Below the pieces are notes generated by a model, which saw nothing but the letters and a program-made list of their open reading frames with translations, was not told the origin of the DNA and ran no database searches. From Octopus vulgaris (taxonomy: Eukaryota): a stretch of 64,000 bases of DNA. This document shows positions 26,951 through 38,774 of this stretch, piece by piece. The position numbers were made by a program, and so were the translations under genes. Each line of letters opens with the position of its first letter. Within the stretch, counting starts at the first letter, position 1. The stretch is from contig OX597817.1 in assembly GCA_951406725.2 (NCBI GenBank), forward strand, positions 101,990,001-102,054,000, in the 5' to 3' direction.

Positions 26951-27699
26951 TTTAACCTGAACTTAGATAGCTTGACACTTTCAACACCTCAGTAACTGCT
27001 GTTGAAAGACTTGCTAATATTTATCTACTTGATAGTTTCACTAACCATGCTAAATCTAACATCAGTAATTGGCCTCTTTGTTAGTTCCACTTGAATCCTT
27101 TAGCATTTAGATTACTCTGTTAAATATAATGCTTATTTATTCACATTGTTTTGAATTAAGTATGTATTATATCATAGCTTTAAGATTTCAATGATGTGAT
27201 TATTTTTTCTTAGAATGACATTGTAAGGTAGGTGTAAGAGGTTTTATCAAAAAACAGAATATTTTGGCTGGATATGGTTGGTTTAAATGCTAAAGTGTTA
27301 AGAAGACCCTTGCTATCATACTTTCTCGTTCAAAAAAAAAAATAACAAAGCCCTGTCTCAATAGCATTTACATGACTCTTTCTTTGTATCATTACAAAAG
27401 AAAAACAGTCTCATTTCCCCTCAATTCATACTAATTCAGTTTATACTAATCAAAATTTAGAGCTTCCTATCCACTTAACAGAAATCCTCTATGTAGCTTC
27501 TCTCTTGAACATCTTGCTTCTGAACAAGTAAGTTAGTATTACACTCTGGTACCATTTTCTTTTGCTATGTCTAAACATGTTGCTTAGCCCTGTTCATTCT
27601 GTTATTTCTCTAGTATGTTATCCAGGGATACTAGTCACAAATTCATTATTTGGAACCTGGCTCCAGTTTATAAATTTGTAACTTGTGACAGGTTGTTTG

Positions 27700-28190
27700 G
27701 TGCGAATGTTCAGTTTCTATGGTATAATTCTCTGTCACTTCCTTCTTCATGTAATGTGTAAAACTTGCAAACAGTACTAGGTGATACCAATAGAAACTGA
27801 ATGATACATTCCTCACCAGAAAATGATTTTATGTTCTCAACCATCAGCTTGGTTCATTTTCTGATAAGTACAAAATCAATCTGGTTCCCATGCCCACTTG
27901 AATTGCTGATGAAAGTTGTTGAACTTGCTTTATGGAATTTGTGTTTCAAATAGTTAGACCATTTGCACTTCAAAATTTTGGGTACCTGAAACTCTATTTC
28001 TTGTGTCATGATTATGCCATATATGTACACCATATTTCCCAATGCAACTATTAAAATCATCAACTATGATGGTGATGTTTCTGTCATCAATTTTTGAGTA
28101 CTGAGTTATTTTTTGTTCATCTGCCAGTTCTATATGTGGAGTATGGTTTCAGTTACTCTCTGCTAACATCATCAAATATGGAACAGACAG
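27700..28190 (-). mobile_element. Old LINE (RTE-like) endonuclease remnant
   Basis: The - strand gives SSGHGNQIDFVLIRK, typical of the AP-endonuclease C-terminus. Heavily decayed. Confidence 0.5.
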
Positions 28191-28225
28191 AAATAATGTA
28201 TTCTTATTAAAACTTTATTTTTTAG

Positions 28226-28299
28226 GGTTTGCTCTTCTTCATCCCCAAATCAGTTGTAGATTGGAGTTCAAAAATTTTTCACTATGTATACTTCCAAAG
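28226..28299 (+). CDS. ZDHHC4: ZDHHC4-like coding exon 2 (74 nt; absent from the ORF track)
   Basis: TTTTTTAG| GLLFFIPKSVVDWSSKIFHYVYFQ(R) |GTAGGT. Phase 0 in and phase 2 out match the neighbours. Similar to vertebrate ..IP......HYLFHTR. Confidence 0.88.
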
Positions 28300-29629
28300 G
28301 TAGGTATGATAACTTCATATGTTTAAATACACTTATTTGACATTGCACAGTCATCATTGTTTATTGTTAGAATGTCATATTTGATTAGAGTGGGCATATT
28401 TATAAAACAATATTTAGGTTCACTCCTACTCCAGATGTTAGCCAGCTAGTGATTATCAAAAATCAACATTTTGTTCAAAACAAATTTATTTGTATCAATC
28501 ACTTACTGAATCCACCATTCCATAAACTGTAGAATTTCCAAACCTTTTCAATTCTAATATTTAGCTGTTTTTATCAAAATATGTAGGATCAACTCATTCT
28601 TAAGGAAAACTTGTCCTTACCTCTTTATCACATTTTGTGAAGCAGTATAACAAAAATCAGTCTTCAGTTAGCAAATATGTTAATTAATTTGACAATTCTT
28701 TCTAAAGAGAAAATATAGATTTAAAATTCTAAAAATATATTTTACTCTCTCAGTAAGACACATAAATCAAGTTTAAGTACAGGATATATATATCTTTAAA
28801 TAAATTTACAGACTATATTAATATGCATAAATAACAAAGCACAGATAGCTAAGAGAAAAGTAAGGTCGTATAAGAGAAGTCAGGTGTAGCATGCTAGGGA
28901 GAACATGCTGGTGTAGACTTGTGATGCAGATGGAAGATGGAAATTCATCATCATCATCATCATGACTTTAAAAATGTGCCAAGTAATCCAACTGGAATGA
29001 CATTGTGGAAGAAGACCAAGAATGACTTGGGAAGAAGAAGTAAAAGTTGATCCCAAGAGGCTGGACCTCACAAAGAAGTTAACAAAGTGTTATAAATGAT
29101 AAGATACTATGCAACTCATGGAAGCATAAGAAAAATGATGATGAGGTGGAAGAAGAGAAAATTATTTCCTGTACATATGTGAGGGTCTTTTTTGGCAACT
29201 TGGAATGATGATTGAATAATGACTGACTTCAAGTCTCGTAATTTGCTCACCTTTCTATTCCAAAATAGTTGTGAAAATAGCAGAGGTCTGCTTTTTTTCT
29301 TTTCTTTTTCTTTTTTATGCCTTAGCGAGATGAGGAAGAGTAGTGCCAGTAGTCGTTTTAGAGCTTCTGGGACTGACCAGCATAAGTTATTCTCAGTCTG
29401 AAAACCTGCTTGAATTCTTGCAATAGAGTGGAGTCTACTAAAGACACTCAAGATCCATGTGATGGTGTTCATCTAGGTGATGGATTGAGTTTATCCTTCA
29501 AGGCTGCACAAGGCTGGGACAAAATTCTTGTTCAAGAGTTGCACAAAAGGATTCTATTAGGAATGGTGAAGTTGTGAAACTACTTCTTAACCATACTACC
29601 ATGCTTGCTTAGCTGAGTAGATTGAATAT

Positions 29630-31465
29630 ATATCTTTATCTTTTACTTGTTTCATTGCTCTGTAGCCATGCTGGGGTATCACCTTGAAGGGTTTTGTCTA
29701 ACAAATCAACCCCAGTACTTAATTTTTTTCTTTTAACCATGGTACTTATTCTATTGGTCTCTTTTGCCGAACTACTAAGTTATGAGACATAAACAAACCA
29801 AATGAACACACACCAGTTGTCAAGAGGTGGTAGGAGAAAAACACAAATGCACATACATATTTATATATGTAATGGAATAATTACTATGAAGCATTGTGTA
29901 GAATATATTGTATAAAAGAGCGTGGGTAAGGCCAAAACAATGTGAAGTAAATGCAAGGTAAATCACAAGAAAACAAATATGTGAATTAATGTAGACTTAC
30001 TTTGTATTCAATATTTCAAGGTAATGACCCCATTTTCAAGAAATTGACGAATGTTGCCAATGTGCATATGTATGAGCATGTGTAGAGTGGACATGCACAG
30101 AAGGGTGTTGCTATAGCAACTAGCTAGCTTCCTGTAACTGCCTTCTATTGTTGAAGTTGGGTTTCTTTTGGTGTATGAGGATGACCTCAGAGATTCTAAG
30201 GTTGCCCCTGTTCTGCTGTGTTGCCTTGATGTGTACTGTGAATTCCCGGTTCTGGCATTTCTGTAGATGTTTCTTTATGGAAGTGTCTGCCTGCTTGTGT
30301 TCCTTAATGCATACTTTCAACTCAAGATCACAGAGGAAGGCTCCATATTTACCAAATTCTATAGAAAAGCCACTAATAGAAACTTTTCGTCCACTACCAA
30401 TCAAACTTGCCCACCAGAGCCAAAGCCGCATACATGAGAAACGAGATTGCACGTATTAACAGCAATTGCAGCAACATGACCGACAAAGCTGTCAGCACCA
30501 AACAGTTCCTCAGAGACCTAACTCTGAATGGCTACCCACCATACTTAGCTAAACAATGGCACCTGAAGAATATCAAGGTCAATGAACCCCAGAAGAACCA
30601 GCGTACTCCCAAGTTCAGCACGTGCTTCCTGAAGCTACCACACTTTTGATGACAGAACTACTGCAGCGATACAACACACAGTCCGCAGGGAAGGACTAGA
30701 CACACAGATAGTGCATACTGGCCCTTCCCTAAGAAAAGCTCTGTCCAAGAACAACACCTCTCACTATTCTGAGGAGTTCACATTGTCAAACTGACCCTGA
30801 ATTGTGCCAGAGGACCTATGTCGTATATGAGATCATCTGTGGCAAATGTAGCACACCCTACATTGGAAGCATGACAAGAAAACTGCATGTATGCATTAAG
30901 GAACACAAGCAGGCAGACACTTCCATAAAGAAACATCTACAGAAATGCCAGACCTGGGAATTCACAGTGCACATCAAAGCAACACAGTGGAACAGGAGCA
31001 ACCTTAGAATCTCTGAGGCCATCCTCACACACCAAAAGAAACCCAAGATCAACAATAGAAGGGAGTTACAGTAAGCTAGCTGGTTGTTATAGCAACACCC
31101 TTCTGCTCATGTCCACTCCACACACGCCCATCGGCAACATTCGTCAATTTCTTGAAAATGGGGTTTATAACCCTGAAATATTGAATGCAAGGTAAGTCTA
31201 CATTAATTCACATATTTGTTTTCTTGCGATTTATCTTGTATTTACTTCGCATTGTTTTGGCCTTACCCACGATCTTTTATACAATATATATGTATGTAAG
31301 TATGTATATATACAATCAGCTTATTTCAGTTTCTGTGTACCAAATCCACTCACAAGGCTTTTCTCAGTCTGGGACTATAATTAAAGACACTGGCCTAAAT
31401 TACTATGCAGTGGAACTGAACCCAGGACCATGCAGTTGAGAAGCAAACGTCTTACTGCACAGCCT
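29630..31465 (-). mobile_element. tRNA-derived SINE, family A, split at its microsatellite by a PLE insertion
   Basis: The tail half is at about 29630-29860 and the head half at about 31310-31465, in the same orientation. Confidence 0.75.
29903..31289 (+). mobile_element. 5'-truncated Penelope-like element with an inverted pseudo-LTR (RT C-terminus and GIY-YIG endonuclease remnants)
   Basis: 30802-31074 gives VVYEIICGKC...YIGSMTRKL...IKEH...L.ISEAI.....P.IN (GIY-YIG). 29903-30314 is an inverted copy of 30889-31289. Confidence 0.9.
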
Positions 31466-31574
31466 CATGTATATTTTTTTTTAAAGAATTAGAAAGAAAT
31501 TTTATATAAATTAATTTTATTATTTTAAAAAAATTTACATTTCTAAAAGAAATTTGTTTTACTTTTCTTTCCAG

Positions 31575-31879
31575 AAATCCAACAATGCAGATTGTTTTTG
31601 GTACCTTGGTTCTATGTGGTCATGCCATTGTTGTCATTGATATCTTCCCAATATTGTATGGTATTTACCACGATGACAACCATGTATTTGTTCCCATGTT
31701 ATTGCTTTTTCTTAACCTTTTGGCTTTCTACAAGTTATGTAATGCAGACCCTGGAGAAATCACTCAAAACAACCATGCTCTCTTCATTTCTATTTATGCC
31801 TTTGATGGTGTCCTCTATAAGAAGAAAACTGTTTGTAAGACTTGCAATTTTGTTAAACCAGCCCGGTCAAAACATTGTA
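31575..31879 (+). CDS. ZDHHC4: ZDHHC4-like coding exon 3
   Basis: CTTTCCAG| (R)NPTMQIVF...ADPGEIT..N...F...Y.FDGVLY.....CKTCNFVKPARSKHC |GTAAGT. Phase 2 in, phase 1 out. Confidence 0.95.
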
Positions 31880-33003
31880 GTAAGTGTTTTTGATTTTGTT
31901 TTTCAATGATTTATTAATTTATTTTTCTGGTGTTATCTATTGATATTTGATGCTTATTTTATCTAATAATATTTATTTCATTGTATTTAGTTTTATATAT
32001 ATATACATATCAACTATTTGATTAGTTTTATGCGTAACTTCGCTGTCTAACTTGTGAATAGAATGAATATTAGCTATTTTCATAAGATTTTATTGGATAT
32101 GATATTACTTCCCTAATTAGTGAATTCAGGAAATATAATTATTTTAACTTTATGAAAAAAAATTGTTTTTCTAGTTACTTCCATTCCCTGGAGATAGATC
32201 TTTCTCAAAATGTTAGATATTTCTTCTCACAGCGCACCAACACATCTCACTTTATGCTCTTAATTGAATTGACTGATGTCAGAACAACCAGTTTCTTTAA
32301 ATTTAAGGAATGATATTTTGTATTTATATCTAATGTATTTTTCTTTTCTTATTTGGAGACAATAGGCAGCATCATTCCCCCTCTAAGTCATTTAAAAATA
32401 TATTGAAGTATAGAGGAAGTTTAGAATTATCACCCTTACAGAGATTACAGCCACCATTAGTTAAACTAGTGATAGTTTATTATTATCTGTTGTAAAGCTG
32501 TAGTTTAGACGGATATTTTCTGGTCAGTTGTTTAACAAGTAAAGTTAGTTATGTAATAACATTGAACCTACTTGCTACTGGAAACTAATCCTTTCTTAAT
32601 TAGAAGTAAAATGACTGAAGTCTTGATTTATATTTCATTACAGGCATTTTTCAATTCAGATAGCTGTCAGGAACAGGTACCAAATTTATATTGGAATGTT
32701 AATTGAAATAGCCTAGTGTTCTATCTAGAAGGGAAATTTATGTTGCATCAACTAAACACTGTGAAATCAGACTTAAGCACTGACTCTTCTGAATCATTTT
32801 AGGTTACTATTGATTTAGTTGTGATGAAGTTGCATGGAAATGAAATTATTTCTTTCAGATATTTGCAAGTTTATACATAGAGACATACAAAATAAAAGGA
32901 TTAAGCTTCTCCAGGAACAAGCCATCTCTACAAACCTTATATTGGTTTTGAGAAAAGTATATTTAAAGGCACAAATATGTCTTACCTTTGTCAAATATAT
33001 ATA

Positions 33004-33586
33004 TATATATACCAATTAAGGACTGAACACGAAAAGTGGACAGTCAACATGCTAGATATAGACGTCAAATCGCCATTCTCCACAAAGATTATGTTCTCAA
33101 ATCAAACTCAGCACAACCGGTAAATTGATTGCTGCTAATTATTAGCTGCAGGCTGGTTTTTTCGGGTCTCAGCGCGCCAAAGTAGAGGCATTTGAGGGAT
33201 ACATTCGAATGTAATCGGTTGAACTCCATGCACGCAACACTCCGGTATCGTTTTTGCATCTAGTCCAGCAAATTACATTCAATACAGACCATGCTGAAGA
33301 AGTTACAGTTATCCTTGTGGATAATAATAACCGAAACTGATCAGTACATGGGTAATTATTTTATTTCGTATATTTTCACTTGTTTATTGCTTTGGTTTTG
33401 TGCTGAGTTTGATTTGCAAACATAATCTTTGTGGAGAATGGCGATTTGACGTCTATATCTAGCATGTTGACTGTCCACTTTTCGTGTTCAGTCCTTAATT
33501 GGTATATATAAATATTTTAATCTTCGGATTCTTTTTAATATACTAGACCACTGGTTTTAATTGATAAATATCAATTTCTTCCCTTA

Positions 33587-33597
<11 letters not shown>
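33004..33597 (+). mobile_element. Small non-coding fold-back element in a (TA)n tract, containing a hammerhead motif (non-autonomous PLE / retrozyme-like)
   Basis: Arms 33004-33116 and 33398-33510 are reverse complements (about 2 mismatches). Hammerhead in the spacer, about 90-bp tail, TA runs at both ends, CpGs retained. Confidence 0.75.
33289..33351 (+). ncRNA. Type I hammerhead ribozyme motif, core intact
   Basis: CCATG-CTGAAGA-[stem II AGTTACAGTTATCC ttgt GGATAATAATAACC]-GAAA-CT gatc AG-TA-CATGG. Predicted cleavage is 3' of GUA (33346). The stem II closing pair is A:C instead of G-C. Confidence 0.8.
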
Positions 33598-33629
<32 letters not shown>

Positions 33630-34482
33630 GTGTGTGTTTAAGGCAGTGAGCTGGTAGAATCATTAGCACACTGAGTAATTTGTCTGTCTTCACATTCTGA
33701 GTTCAACTTTGCCTTTCATTTTTTGGGGGTTGATAAAATAAGTACCAGTTGAGTAAAAAAGAGAAATTTTTTGAGGAAAGTGGTAAAAGTTGAACAGAAA
33801 TCCTCCAAATGTTAAATACTTCTTTTGATGATAACTGCTTGAATATTGTTGTTTATCAGTAAATAAAAAGTTTTCAAGATAGTCAATCAGTTAAGAAATG
33901 ATTGCTAGCATGAAAGGAAAATATTGGTTGTCCAAAAGAAGTTTCTATCATTATTGTGCATGTAGGAAAAGCATGACTATTTCAATCAAATGCAATGCCA
34001 GGATTATTCATATTTTTTTAATGAAGTAATTGTTCATTAAGAAGTTCATTAAGAATTTGTACTTTGTGTTCAATTAGTCAACTAAGCCTTTTCCGAAGTA
34101 GTTTTAATTTGTTTGAAGGAGAAAGTTACAAGAAACTTCTATGACCTATGAGGAAATGACTACTGGTTTTTGCTCCATATCAGTGTTCCTTCATACACTG
34201 TTGTCTCAGAATTTTTCATAGTGCTTGGAAATATAGTTTAATTATTAGATACCTTAATTTTATTCCTAATTGTAACTAATCTCCATTTGCACTATTAAAA
34301 TTCTTAGAAAAGCATAGATATCACAATCTCACATTTCGCCTGATTCATGGTTTCATGCTAAAGTAAGAAATCTCATTGAGATGGTATAAAACATGTGCTT
34401 GTTGTTTGTTGGCGAATTGTAATTGTAGCTGCATGAGAAGTTATTTTAATATATATATGTAATATATATATGTATATATATA

Positions 34483-34517
<35 letters not shown>

Positions 34518-34765
34518 CTGTGTGTGTGTTTAAGGCAGTGAGCTGGTAGAATCATTAGCACACTGAGTAATTTGTCTGTCTTCACATTCTGAGTTCAAAT
34601 TCTTTGCCTTTCATTTTTTGGGGGTTGATAAAATAAGTACCAGTTGAGTACTGGGGTCGATGTAATCGACTTATTCCCTCCTCTAAACTTGTTGGCCTTG
34701 TGCCAAATTTGAAATCAGTATATTTGTCGCTGAAATTTTCATATCTATATTTTCATTGTTTTTAG

Positions 34766-35010
34766 GCATTTGTAATCGATGTGTTCATCGCTTTGACCAT
34801 CATTGTGTCTGGACCAACAACTGCATTGGAGCCCTAAATAATCATTATTTCATTGCTTTCTTGTTGACCCTTATTATGATGTGTCTGAATGGCTTCTATA
34901 TGGCGCTACGTTCTATTATAGCCATAGCTCACTTCTCAGGAATGGTTCATGCCATGATAATGGAATCTGATGGGAAAATGATTCCAGTTTCACTTTCTGC
35001 ATTAGTACAG
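34766..35010 (+). CDS. ZDHHC4: ZDHHC4-like coding exon 4 (catalytic DHHC motif)
   Basis: TTTTTAG| (S)[28 protein letters not shown]...SALVQ |GTAAGA. Phase 1 in, phase 0 out. Confidence 0.97.
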
Positions 35011-35193
35011 GTAAGATTTTATTTAATATCTATGATAATGACAATCTTCATTACCTTTCAAAACATTTGTAATTCTCTTGTTCTTTCTATCATTTAATTT
35101 CACTATCAGTCATAAAATTTATAACAAAGTGAAACATCCATAAAATTCATAATATTGAATAAGCTTTTGTGTGTTGTGGAGAAATGAATTTTA

Positions 35194-36354
35194 TTGGGTT
35201 GGCCAAAAAGCCTATTTTTTCTTTTTTGACACTAAGCTTCAAGCACTCCAATAAGCAGCTAACTTCAGTCTGTTCCTTGCACATATGCACTTGCTGGATA
35301 CTTGACACTTCAACATAGTTTCATGTGAACTTGCAATGAGCACTTTTTGTGTGCTTGTGAACTCCCTGAAAATGAAGAACTAATATGAATATTATTAACA
35401 ACTCATACTTTTCTATTTAAAAAAAGGTAAGTAAGTAGCAGAAACCTGTAGAAAGATATTTGCTGTGTACAGGGAAATGCTGTTTTGGAACATGTGTACC
35501 AGAAGTGGTTTCGAGTTTTTTAACTGGGAAATTTTGCTGTGCAAGATGCACCTCTCTCTGGCTGGCCATTTGAGTTGAACAGTGATACCAACCCTCATTA
35601 TATGACCAGGATGATTTGGATATTCCCCAAATATCCAAATCAAGTGTTGAAAAACCATCTGAAACAACTTGGTTATATCAGCAGCTCAATGTTTGGGTTC
35701 CACATCAGTTGAATGAGGCTAACCTCACCCAATGGATTTCTATCTGTAATTCGTAGCAGAAATGTGAATAAACAATCCTTTGGAAGAGAATGGTAACAAT
35801 GAATAAGAAATGGATTGTCTATAATGATGTAATGTGCAAGCAATCATAGAGGAAGTGAGATGAACCACCACAAATAACCTCCAAAGCATGACTTTACTTG
35901 AAAATTATGCTTTCAATTTCTTCCTATGGACAGGATCCTGAATTTTAATGTGTACTGTGAGCAGATGGACAAATTAAATGTGGTGATTGACCACTAGAAG
36001 CATCCAGCACTTGCTAATCATAAGGGCATTGTCTTTCATCATGACACTACCAGACCACACACTACCTTGCAGACATAGCAGAAGTTACTGGGATTTGCTG
36101 GGAAGTTACACTGTACCCTCCATATATTCTTGAACTTGTACCTTCAAATTACCACCTGTTTTGGTCTCTTCAAAATTCATTGAATAGACAAACCTTAAAC
36201 TCTGAAGAAGATGTAAAAATTCACCTGAAAGAGTATCTTTTGTCAGTAAAGACAAGAAATTCTTTGAATAATGGGTCTGCCTTCAAGATGGCAGGAGTAA
36301 CTGGAATGAAACTGTAATTTTATCATTGATTGAATGGACTTTTGGCCAGCCCAA
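35194..36354 (+). mobile_element. Near full-length decayed mariner transposon in ZDHHC4 intron 4
   Basis: TA|TTGGGTTGGCCAAAA ... TTTTGGCCAGCCCAA|TA. Remnants WVPHQL, KKWIVYN, HHDTTRPH and PPYI.ELVPSNYHLF (degenerate YSPDLAPSDYHLF). Confidence 0.92.
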
Positions 36355-38444
36355 TAACATTTCAGGCAGCTCACTCATCCAAATTGTTCAAATAAATTTT
36401 TTCTCTATGTTATATAAATGTATTGAATTGTATATTGGTTAGATTTTAATCTCTTCTAACTACATTCAAATGGGTTTCCTGGTAGGCAAGCTATAAAGAA
36501 GAATGGACTAGTTTCTTTCAAGTTTCTCTTTGTCTTGATTCCCCCAGTAATTCTAAATATATTATAACTGTTGTATCATACATTTTGACCACTTGTCAAG
36601 TTGTATTTCTTTTCTTTTCAAGCTGATCTTTATATTTCTTTATATTTCTAATTCCATGCATTCTTTAAAATTTTTTCTTATGATTTGAGTTTCCTTATGA
36701 CAGTATTTAGCAAGTATATTTCTAGTTCTATAAGTGTGAGTATTCTCTCAGTTCATCTCTATATGTGTGACTATAATCTCTTGGTAAATAATAACACTTT
36801 CTTGACATCAGCCTCTGTATAAATACTATTAGTTATTCTTCTAGCATTCTGTATATGAATATGGATTTATTTGTATTTGTTATTGACAAATTTGTAAGGA
36901 AGAGGTAGTGATAATTTTATTCAATTAACTTTAGCTTATATTTAGCATTTATTTAATCAAACTCAAAGAAATGAAAAGGAAAGCTAACCTTATACCAGAT
37001 TTGAACTCAGTATACTGGGCCACATGGAAGAAATGGTGAAAAACTGAAACAATTAGCTTTATAGTAGATCAGCACAACTTATGCAAATGGTTGTAGGGGG
37101 CCTTCTATGGGATGATGTCCAGTAAGATTCCAGCTGGCCTCTTTATGGAGTTCACTTGCAATAGTTCCTTTCTGTCACATTCATATTCCCTATTAAAGCC
37201 CCCATCATAGTACTTTCATATCCTTTCATTTTGTTATTGCTGAAGACAAGTACACCAGTGTTGTTGCAGACCACTTTTACTCCAATTACATCTTAATTCA
37301 TACAAATATACCCTTGTGATTCAGAAGACATTATGCTGCTCATTTTGATTGCAAAAAACACTACATTTCTTACTCACAGTCATATTCTGACTTGATATAC
37401 TTGAGGACTTGCTTCCCAACTAGCATCTTGATAACACTTTTTGCTTATTAACTTTCTTCCAATTTTACCAAATTGGTCGCTTCTCTATTCTACCCTACCA
37501 TTATTTTTGTGTCTGTCTGTCTGAGAGCCTAGTCAGTGGCTGGTATCAGATTATTTTATGAGAATGTCTGATTGTCCTTTTATGTTATAATTATCCCTTT
37601 TTAGCTCCTTTATTTAAAAGCAGTTTCCAGTGCTGTTTGAAAGTTTCTCCAAATAGGATTTTTTAACTTCTGTACTTTCCTACTGTTAATAATTTTTTTT
37701 TTACTTCCAACTTTATCTCATTATCAACCTTAAGTCACACACACAATCCATTCACAATGACAAAGACACCAGCCTTAAAATGAGCAAATAAATAAATAAA
37801 TATTTAGCCTCTGATACCTTACACACACACGTTTTTCTCTTACACTTACAGAATCTGTACCATACTACATATACATGCATGGATCCATGCAATGCATGCC
37901 GCATGCACATACACACACACACACACTCTGTTTCTTATATTCTCATTCACAATCCATTAAATATAAATCCAGAATCTGTAAACTAGAGGACTGACAGAAC
38001 TTGAGTAAGAGGGCATGTCACTGATGAGGTTGTGAATGCTGATTGATTGATTGAGTGAATAGTTTATCAAACAACCGTTTAGTTAACTGATTAATTGGTT
38101 AACTAGTTAACTAATAGAACCAATCAATAAATGTGCTTATTTTTGGCATAATGTCCCTTCCAAGATAAATTGAATTCTATTTTAGCACACAATTTCACAT
38201 TGAGAATCTTGCAAACCAATTATAAAAGAGAAATAAGGTTAACTTTTAGAAAATGTCCTTGACGTTAATGTAGCTGTTTTTTGAAACTTGATTTCTCAGT
38301 GTTATGAATTTTATTGCTTTTAGATTAAAATTTGGAGTATTTTATTTTGTCTAATAATCAACTGTAGTCATAACAAATATTGTAGAAAATGAAGCAAGAA
38401 TATTTTATAATTATTGAATCAGTTGTTTTTTGTTTTTTTGACAG

Positions 38445-38774
38445 CATCTCTTCATGCAGTTTCCAAGGATTATTTTCCTAATGGCTTCACTGTCTGTTCT
38501 CTCTCTCCTGATTGCTGGCTTTACACTGTATCATATTTATTTAATGTTTACTAATCAAACCAATAATGAGCGACACAAACTTGGGACATTCCAAATTTCT
38601 GAAAACTGTCATCAAAATGATTATGATTCTTCAAAAGTAACCAAACTTCCAAAGAAAAAACAGTGTATAAATTCAAGACCATATGATATTGGTATTTTAA
38701 AGAACATTGCACAAGTCTGCTTTCCAAGATATTATATTGATAGACACAAGAAAATTTTAAATAAATTTAAATGA
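38445..38774 (+). CDS. ZDHHC4: ZDHHC4-like last coding exon
   Basis: TTTTTGACAG| HLFMQFPRIIFL...TNQTNNE...PYDIGILKNIAQV..P, then stop TGA. The five exons sum to 1095 nt (364 aa plus stop). Confidence 0.95.
   Translation, partial: HLFMQFPRIIFLMASLSVLSLLIAGFTLYHIYLMFTNQTNNERHKLGTFQISENCHQNDYDSSKVTKLPKKKQCINSRPYDIGILKNIAQVCFPRYYIDRHKKILNKFK

Noticed and set aside
38018-38045. CTGATGA as a hammerhead core
   Set aside because: No closing stem II, GAAA or NUH site follows.
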